A stretch of DNA of 64,000 nucleotides from Chrysomallon squamiferum (lineage: Eukaryota > Animalia > Mollusca). The position numbers and the translations under genes are program-made. Where the stretch lies: NCBI GenBank assembly GCA_012295275.1, contig CM022674.1, positions 3,906,001 to 3,970,000 on the forward strand, read 5' to 3'. A model generated the notes under the pieces. That model ran no database searches, was not told the origin of the DNA, and was given only the letters and a program-made list of their open reading frames with translations. Below are positions 57,977-64,000 of this stretch, one piece after another. Positions within the stretch are counted from its first letter, which is position 1. Every line of letters starts with the position of its first letter.

Positions 57977-58047
57977 GCATCGGTGGTCTAGTGGTAGAAT
58001 ACTCGCCTGCCACGCGGGTGACCCGGGTTCAATTCCCGGTCGATGCA
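57977..58047 (+). tRNA. tRNA-Gly(GCC)
   Basis: Array copy. Confidence 0.9.
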
Positions 58048-58365
58048 CATACGTTTCACTTTTCTTTCTCTTTTGCATGAAATATGTAGGCTAAAATTGA
58101 TTAATCACATTCAGATAAAATGTCTTGTAATCTTCACTGATTGATAAGTTTTGATCTGATATTGATCAATCTATTGTAAATGTCGACGATATCACATACG
58201 AAGTGATACCAGGTTTCTTCTTTCATATCATGATTATACGAAAACATTCGGTTTCGTTAACTCAACAATATTGACTTCCCAAATTTCGTTCCATCTTTAA
58301 TATAACATGAATAAATACATTTTGTTCTGTTGATTCCAGTATGTTTACAACCTGCTATTGTTTAT

Positions 58366-58447
58366 GGTAGCGTGGCCGAGCGGTCTAAGGCGCTGGTTTA
58401 AGGCACCAGTCTCCTCGGAGGCGTGGGTTCGAATCCCACCGCTGCCA
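58366..58447 (+). tRNA. tRNA-Leu(AAG)
   Basis: Array copy. Confidence 0.9.
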
Positions 58448-58959
58448 AAGAGCTCGTGGGTGAGCTGATTAATTTTGCTTCGAAACGAAAGAATACGTCA
58501 GAACTGACGTATTCAAAACGAATGGCAAGCTGGGGTACTCGGTTAAGAAAACATCAATTTAGGCTATATTTTCATTTTTTTTTAATGATTTTTTATTTTC
58601 TAATTTCGAAAATATAATGGACAATGACATCGAAACCGAAATTAGCGAAATTGAGCGACATAAAAATTAACATGAATCGCTGACGTCAGAAAAAGATAAC
58701 AGTGACAAGTTATCAGAAGACAAACGCGTGCTCGTCTTTGAAGCTGAAATGAAAACTGATTTAACAAAGAGCGAGTTAGATATCAAGTAAGAAAAGCTAA
58801 AACTGACGAATCTTAAAGACAAATAGAAACTGCTTGAAAGGTAAAAAGGATTACACTTTCCGTAGTACATACACTGACATTTGTATAAATGGTGAAAGGA
58901 AAACGACTGCATTCCGCCATGTCAATGACACGTTAAAGGTGAGATACAATTTATGTGAA

Positions 58960-59355
58960 GCATCGGTGGTCTAGTGGTAGAATGTATCAGTGCTTTAAAA
59001 TCATTCTAAATCAATATCGTATTCAAAACAAACTTTCAATTTTTATTAACAAATATGTTAAGAACAATATTTTCCTAGAACTAAAAGATGACATACTTAT
59101 TTTCAAATATCCTTTGGAAAGCTACAAATAATCAATAAAGATAAATCATGGAAATGGATAAAAGAATTAATACTATAAAATACTGTAAATATATATGGAT
59201 ATTCCGAATAAATAAGTATGCATGCATGTGAGTGTGAATGAGTGTGACTGAGTGTGTGAGAGGAAATAGTTTTTGTTATTGTTATTTACAGCTGTAATTT
59301 TATTTTAATTGTGTACAACTGGTGATTATACTAATAAAGATAAAAAAAAGCGTCA

Positions 59356-59386
<31 letters not shown>

Positions 59387-59437
59387 GAATACTCGCCTGC
59401 CACGCGGGTGACCCGGGTTCAATTCCCGGTCGATGCA
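58960..59437 (+). pseudogene. tRNA-Gly(GCC) split by a retro-insertion (58960-58983 and 59387-59437)
   Basis: 5' part ends GGTAGAAT; 3' part restarts GAATACTC after poly(A). Confidence 0.9.
58984..59386 (+). mobile_element. 5'-truncated non-LTR retrotransposon (Tx1/L1-like ORF2 C-terminus, 3'UTR, poly(A)) inserted in tRNA-Gly; TSD (A)GAAT
   Basis: Open frame 58985-59131 YQCFKIILNQYRIQNKLSIFINKYVKNNIFLELKDDILIFKYPLESYK*; AATAAA 59333-59338; A8; tRNA-Lys-like tag; A24; 4-5 bp TSD. Clade assignment is by recalled pattern only. Confidence 0.8.
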
Positions 59438-59916
59438 CATACGTTTCACTTTTGTTTTTCTTTTGCATGAATATACTAAGAAATATGCAGTTGATATGTT
59501 TTCACGGAGAAAGTAATAATTTGTGACAGTTAGAGGCTTAACAACAATTGGATGACGTCATTAACCAGTCGTGCATATTCAAGTTGAGTTTTTGCGTCCT
59601 CGAATTTCCCAGTAACGGGCACGTGCGCAGTGGATTTTGAAATACTTCTGTTCTATATAACAACGCCCTATAATGGACATTAATATATGTCTTTACTTGT
59701 TTACTAAAATGTCACGTGACAATACACTCAATAAATATATAAACATATATGGTCCTGTTCGTTTGTTAATCTAGCGTTTCAAAAAAACTGCAGTCAGCCT
59801 ACGTATTTTCGTTGTAAAAGTCTTAAATACAATGTTATAATATTAAGCGTTTTAAATAGCGAATGATAAAAAGGTTGTTCAGGAGGCAGTATCTTTCATA
59901 CACGTTTTTTGTTACA

Positions 59917-59998
59917 GGTAGCGTGGCCGAGCGGTCTAAGGCGCTGGTTTTAGGCACCAGTCTCCTCGGAGGCGTGGGTTCGAATCCCACCGCTGCCA
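59917..59998 (+). tRNA. tRNA-Leu(TAG)
   Basis: Array copy. Confidence 0.9.
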
Positions 59999-60513
59999 AA
60001 TAGCTCGCAAGTGAGCTGATTCGTTTTGCAACAGAGAGAACGAGAGGAAAGAATTTTCCTGAAGTGACGTTTTGAAAACCAATAGGAACCTGGGGTATTC
60101 GGTAAAGAAAAACTCAATTTATACTTCATTCTTATTTTCTTATTTTATTTGTTTTCTAATTTCGAAAACATAATGGACAGTGACATCGAAACCGAAATTA
60201 TCGAAATTGAACGAGATAGCAATTAGCATCATTCGCTGAAGTCAGAAAAATAAAAGTGACAAGTTTTCACCAGACAAATGCGTGCTCGTCTTTGAAGCTG
60301 AAATGAAAACTGATTTAACAAAGAGCGAGTTAGATATCAAGTAAGAAAAGCTTATCCTGACGAATGTTAAAGACAAATAGAAACTGCTTGAAAGGTAAAA
60401 AAGATTAAACTTTCCATAGTACATACACTGACATTTGTATAAATGGTGAAAGGAAAACGACTGCATTCCGCCATGTCAATGACACGTTAAAGGTGAGATA
60501 CAATTTATGTGAA

Positions 60514-60584
60514 GCATCGGTGGTCTAGTGGTAGAATACTCGCCTGCCACGCGGGTGACCCGGGTTCAATTCCCGGTCGATGCA
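60514..60584 (+). tRNA. tRNA-Gly(GCC)
   Basis: Array copy. Confidence 0.9.
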
Positions 60585-60902
60585 CATACGTTTCACTTTT
60601 CTTTCTCTTTTGCATGAAATATGTAGGCTAAAATTGATTAATCACATTCAGATAAAATGTCTTGTAATCTTCACTGATTGATAAGTTTTGATCTGATATT
60701 GATCAATCTATTGTAAATGTCGACGATATCACATACGAAGTGATACCAGGTTTCTTCTTTCATATCATGATTATACGAAAACATTCGGTTTCGTTAACTC
60801 AACAATATTGACTTCCCAAATTTCGTTCCATCTTTAATATAACATGAATAAATACATTTTGTTCTGTTGATTCCAGTATGTTTACAACCTGCTATTGTTT
60901 AT

Positions 60903-60984
60903 GGTAGCGTGGCCGAGCGGTCTAAGGCGCTGGTTTAAGGCACCAGTCTCCTCGGAGGCGTGGGTTCGAATCCCACCGCTGCCA
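60903..60984 (+). tRNA. tRNA-Leu(AAG)
   Basis: Array copy. Confidence 0.9.
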
Positions 60985-61495
60985 AAGAGCTCGTGGGTGA
61001 GCTGATTAATTTTGCTTCGAAACGAAAGAATACGTCAGAACTGACGTATTCAAAACGAATGGCAAGCTGGGGTACTCGGTTAAGAAAACATCAATTTAGG
61101 CTATATTTTCATTTTTTTTTAATGATTTTTTATTTTCTAATTTCGAAAATATAATGGACAATGACATCGAAACCGAAATTAGCGAAATTGAACGACATAA
61201 AATTAACATGAATCGCTGACGTCAGAAAAAGATAACAGTGACAAGTTATCAGAAGACAAACGCGTGCTCGTCTTTGAAGCTGAAATGAAAACTGATTTAA
61301 CAAAGAGCGAGTTAGATATCAAGTAAGAAAAGCTAAAACTGACGAATCTTAAAGACAAATAGAAACTGCTTGAAAGGTAAAAAGGATTACACTTTCCGTA
61401 GTACATACACTGACATTTGTATAAATGGTGAAAGGAAAACGACTGCATTCCGCCATGTCAATGACACGTTAAAGGTGAGATACAATTTATGTGAA

Positions 61496-61566
61496 GCATC
61501 GGTGGTCTAGTGGTAGAATACTCGCCTGCCACGCGGGTGACCCGGGTTCAATTCCCGGTCGATGCA
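61496..61566 (+). tRNA. tRNA-Gly(GCC)
   Basis: Array copy. Confidence 0.9.
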
Positions 61567-61884
61567 CATACGTTTCACTTTTCTTTCTCTTTTGCATGAA
61601 ATATGTAGGCTAAAATTGATTAATCACATTCAGATAAAATGTCTTGTAATCTTCACTGATTGATAAGTTTTGATCTGATATTGATCAATCTATTGTAAAT
61701 GTCGACGATATCACATACGAAGTGATACCAGGTTTCTTCTTTCATATCATGATTATACGAAAACATTCGGTTTCGTTAACTCAACAATATTGACTTCCCA
61801 AATTTCGTTCCATCTTTAATATAACATGAATAAATACATTTTGTTCTGTTGATTCCAGTATGTTTACAACCTGCTATTGTTTAT

Positions 61885-61966
61885 GGTAGCGTGGCCGAGC
61901 GGTCTAAGGCGCTGGTTTAAGGCACCAGTCTCCTCGGAGGCGTGGGTTCGAATCCCACCGCTGCCA
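61885..61966 (+). tRNA. tRNA-Leu(AAG), recombinant unit with TAG-type 3' flank
   Basis: AAG-type 5' flank and anticodon, but the 3' flank is atagctcgcaagtgagc. Confidence 0.9.
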
Positions 61967-62672
61967 AATAGCTCGCAAGTGAGCTGATTCGTTTTGCAAC
62001 AGAGAGAACGAGAGGAAAGAATTTTCCTGAAGTGACGTTTTGAAAACCAATAGGAACCTGGGGTATTCGGTAAAGAAAAACTCAATTTATACTTCATTTT
62101 TATTTTCTTATTTTATTTATTTTCTAATTTCGAAAACATCATGGACAGTGACATCGAAACCGAAATTATCGAAATTGAACGAGATAGCAATTAGCATCAT
62201 TCGCTGAAGTCAGAAAAAGATAAGAGTGACAAGTTTTCACCAGACAAATGCGTGCTCGTCTTTGAAGCTGAAATGAAAACTGATTTAACAAAGAGCGAGT
62301 TAGATATCAAGTAAGAAAAGCTTATCCTGACGAATCTTAAAGACAAATAGAAACTGCTTGAAAGGTAAAAAGGATTACACTTTCCGTAGTACATACACTG
62401 ACATTTGTATAAATGGTGAAAGGAAAACGACTGCATTCCGCCATGTCAATGACACGTTAAAGGTGAAAACTGATTTAACAAAGAGCGAGTTAGATATCAA
62501 GTAACAAAAGCTTATCCTGACGAATCTTAAAGACAAATAGAAACTGCTTGAAAGGTAAAAAGATTACACTTTCCATAGTACATACACTGACATTTGTATA
62601 AATGGTGAAAGGAAAACGACTGCATTCCGCCATGTCAATGACACGTTAAAGGTGAGATACAATTTATGTGAA

Positions 62673-62743
62673 GCATCGGTGGTCTAGTGGTAGAATACTC
62701 GCCTGCCACGCGGGTGACCCGGGTTCAATTCCCGGTCGATGCA
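62673..62743 (+). tRNA. tRNA-Gly(GCC)
   Basis: Array copy. Confidence 0.9.
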
Positions 62744-63076
62744 CATACGTTTCACTTTTTTTTCTTTTTGCATGAAATATGTAGGCTAAAATTGATTAAT
62801 TACATTCAGATAAAATGTCTTTTAATCTATTACGAATATGCACTTCACTGATTGATAAGTTTTGATCTGATATTGATCAATCTATTGTAAATGTCGACGA
62901 TATCACATACGAAGTGATACCAGGTTTCTTCTTTCATATCATGATTATACGAAAACATTCGGTTTCGTTAACTCAACAATATTGACTTCCCAAATTTCGT
63001 TCCATCTTTAATATAACATGAATAAATACATTTTGCTCTATTGATTCCAGTATGTTTACAACCTGCTATTGTTTAT

Positions 63077-63158
63077 GGTAGCGTGGCCGAGCGGTCTAAG
63101 GCGCTGGTTTAAGGCACCAGTCTCCTCGGAGGCGTGGGTTCGAATCCCACCGCTGCCA
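63077..63158 (+). tRNA. tRNA-Leu(AAG)
   Basis: Array copy. Confidence 0.9.
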
Positions 63159-63276
63159 AAGAGCTCGTGGGTGAGCTGATTAATTTTGCTTCGAAACGAA
63201 AGAATACGTCAGAACTGACATTTTTCAAAACGAATGGCAAGCTGGGGTACTCGGTTAAGAAAACATCAATTTAGGC

Positions 63277-64000
63277 CAGTGGTGGCCAAACTACGGCCCG
63301 CGGGCCGCATCCGGCCCCCAGTCCTGTTTCATCCGGCCCGCCAAACACCTTGCCTTGTTTTTTTCCAATCACCATATTTACCACTGTAAACAAGCAGTGC
63401 AACAGCGCTGGCTGCTACTAGCAGTATCTTGTGGCAAGCGTTGTTATTTTTAGAATAAATGCCCTTGCAGCGTTATTTTTAGAACAGTCTGCCAACCATG
63501 ACGTAAGTAGCTAACATAGCCTGTATGTGCTCTTTTTCACATCCCTTTGGCCTACTAGCCTACTTTGTAAGAAATCAGGAAGTTAATTGTTCCAGCTTTG
63601 ACTTTCAGTATTTTACTGAGCATGTAAGAGACAATACGCACATTGGATTTTCTTCTCAGAAGCAGCAATAATTTTATTTTTTTTTCTCTACCTTATCAGT
63701 TAAAATGTCTCCAACGAAAAAGAGAAAAGTAGATGATGAATGCCGAGTTTTTAAGGAGGAATGGACATACCAATATTTTTTCACTGCGGTAAATGGGAAA
63801 GCAGCGTGTTTAATTTGTAATGAGGGAATATCAGTTTTTAAAGAATATAATTTGAAAAGACACTATAATACAAAACACGCTGGATACAGTGAAGGACTAT
63901 CAACAGAGCAAAAGGTTAATAAAGCTGCTGATATGGTGAAAAATCTAATAAAGCAACAGTCGCTTTTTTCAAAGACACAATCCATTCACATTTCAGCAAC
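63277..64000 (+). mobile_element. hAT DNA transposon (Buster/Charlie/SPIN-like), left end, inserted in the array spacer
   Basis: Spacer breaks at atttaggc|CAGTGGTGGCCAAACTACGGCCCGCGGGCC (TIR plus CGGCCC subterminal repeats). The preceding 8-mer has the nnnTAnnn form. Confidence 0.9.
63705..64000 (+). CDS. hAT transposase N-terminus (GTF2IRD2/EPM2AIP1/SPIN-like zinc finger), runs off window
   Basis: MSPTKKRKVDDECRVFKEEWTYQYFFTAVNGKAACLICNEGISVFKEYNLKRHYNTKH..., no stop to window end. Confidence 0.9.
   Translation, partial: MSPTKKRKVDDECRVFKEEWTYQYFFTAVNGKAACLICNEGISVFKEYNLKRHYNTKHAGYSEGLSTEQKVNKAADMVKNLIKQQSLFSKTQSIHISA

Larger units (their letters stand above)
43553..63276 (+). repeat. Tandem tRNA-Gly(GCC)/tRNA-Leu array, ~1.0-1.3 kb units of two types (AAG-linked and TAG-linked spacers)
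   Basis: 17 Gly loci strictly alternate with 17 Leu genes; spacers are near-identical between units. Confidence 0.97.

Noticed and set aside
58984-59386. Insert read as a tRNA intron
   Set aside because: Not at position 37/38; it has poly(A), a TSD and internal T-runs that would stop Pol III.
40006-61154. ORFs overlapping tRNA genes (GSVAERSKALV, HRWSSGRILACHAG, MGSNPTAAK)
   Set aside because: Incidental translations of tRNA sequence.
44410-62436. Repeated minus-strand ~80-aa ORF MQSFSFHHLYKCQC... in array spacers
   Set aside because: Recurs only because the spacer is repeated. Several units have frame-breaking indels and there is no recognisable domain.
43553-63276. Array read as CRISPR-like or as tRNA-derived SINEs
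   Set aside because: Eukaryotic context. Spacers are repeated rather than unique, and the tRNAs are full length with terminators and have no SINE body, tail or TSD.

Overview
AT-rich, microsatellite-laden animal genomic DNA (invertebrate, plausibly molluscan; taxon not determinable from the sequence alone). The left 41 kb holds four intron-containing genes: a GH56 hyaluronidase (minus strand, 3' end off-window, one splice donor apparently mutated), DNAJC16 (+), LSG1 (-, with a U12 AT-AC intron) and an SLC22-type transporter (+). It also holds three dispersed tRNA-Leu genes and an unannotated two-exon 36-aa secreted cationic peptide gene. The right 21 kb is a tandem array of alternating tRNA-Gly(GCC) (17 loci) and tRNA-Leu (12 AAG, 5 TAG) genes, interrupted at the window end by a hAT (Buster/Charlie-type) transposon. 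The most striking signal is an apparent tRNA-gene-targeting non-LTR retrotransposition system. Two unrelated poly(A)-tailed inserts sit at the same D-arm site (GGTAGA) of two tRNA-Gly copies. One is a 5'-truncated Tx1/L1-like element carrying a 3'-transduced tRNA-Lys(UUU)-like fragment, implying a donor copy at the equivalent site of a different tRNA gene. The other is a 1.5-kb non-coding cargo flanked by a 127-bp target-site duplication that leaves an intact tRNA. An older relic of the first element lies next to a dispersed tRNA-Leu.
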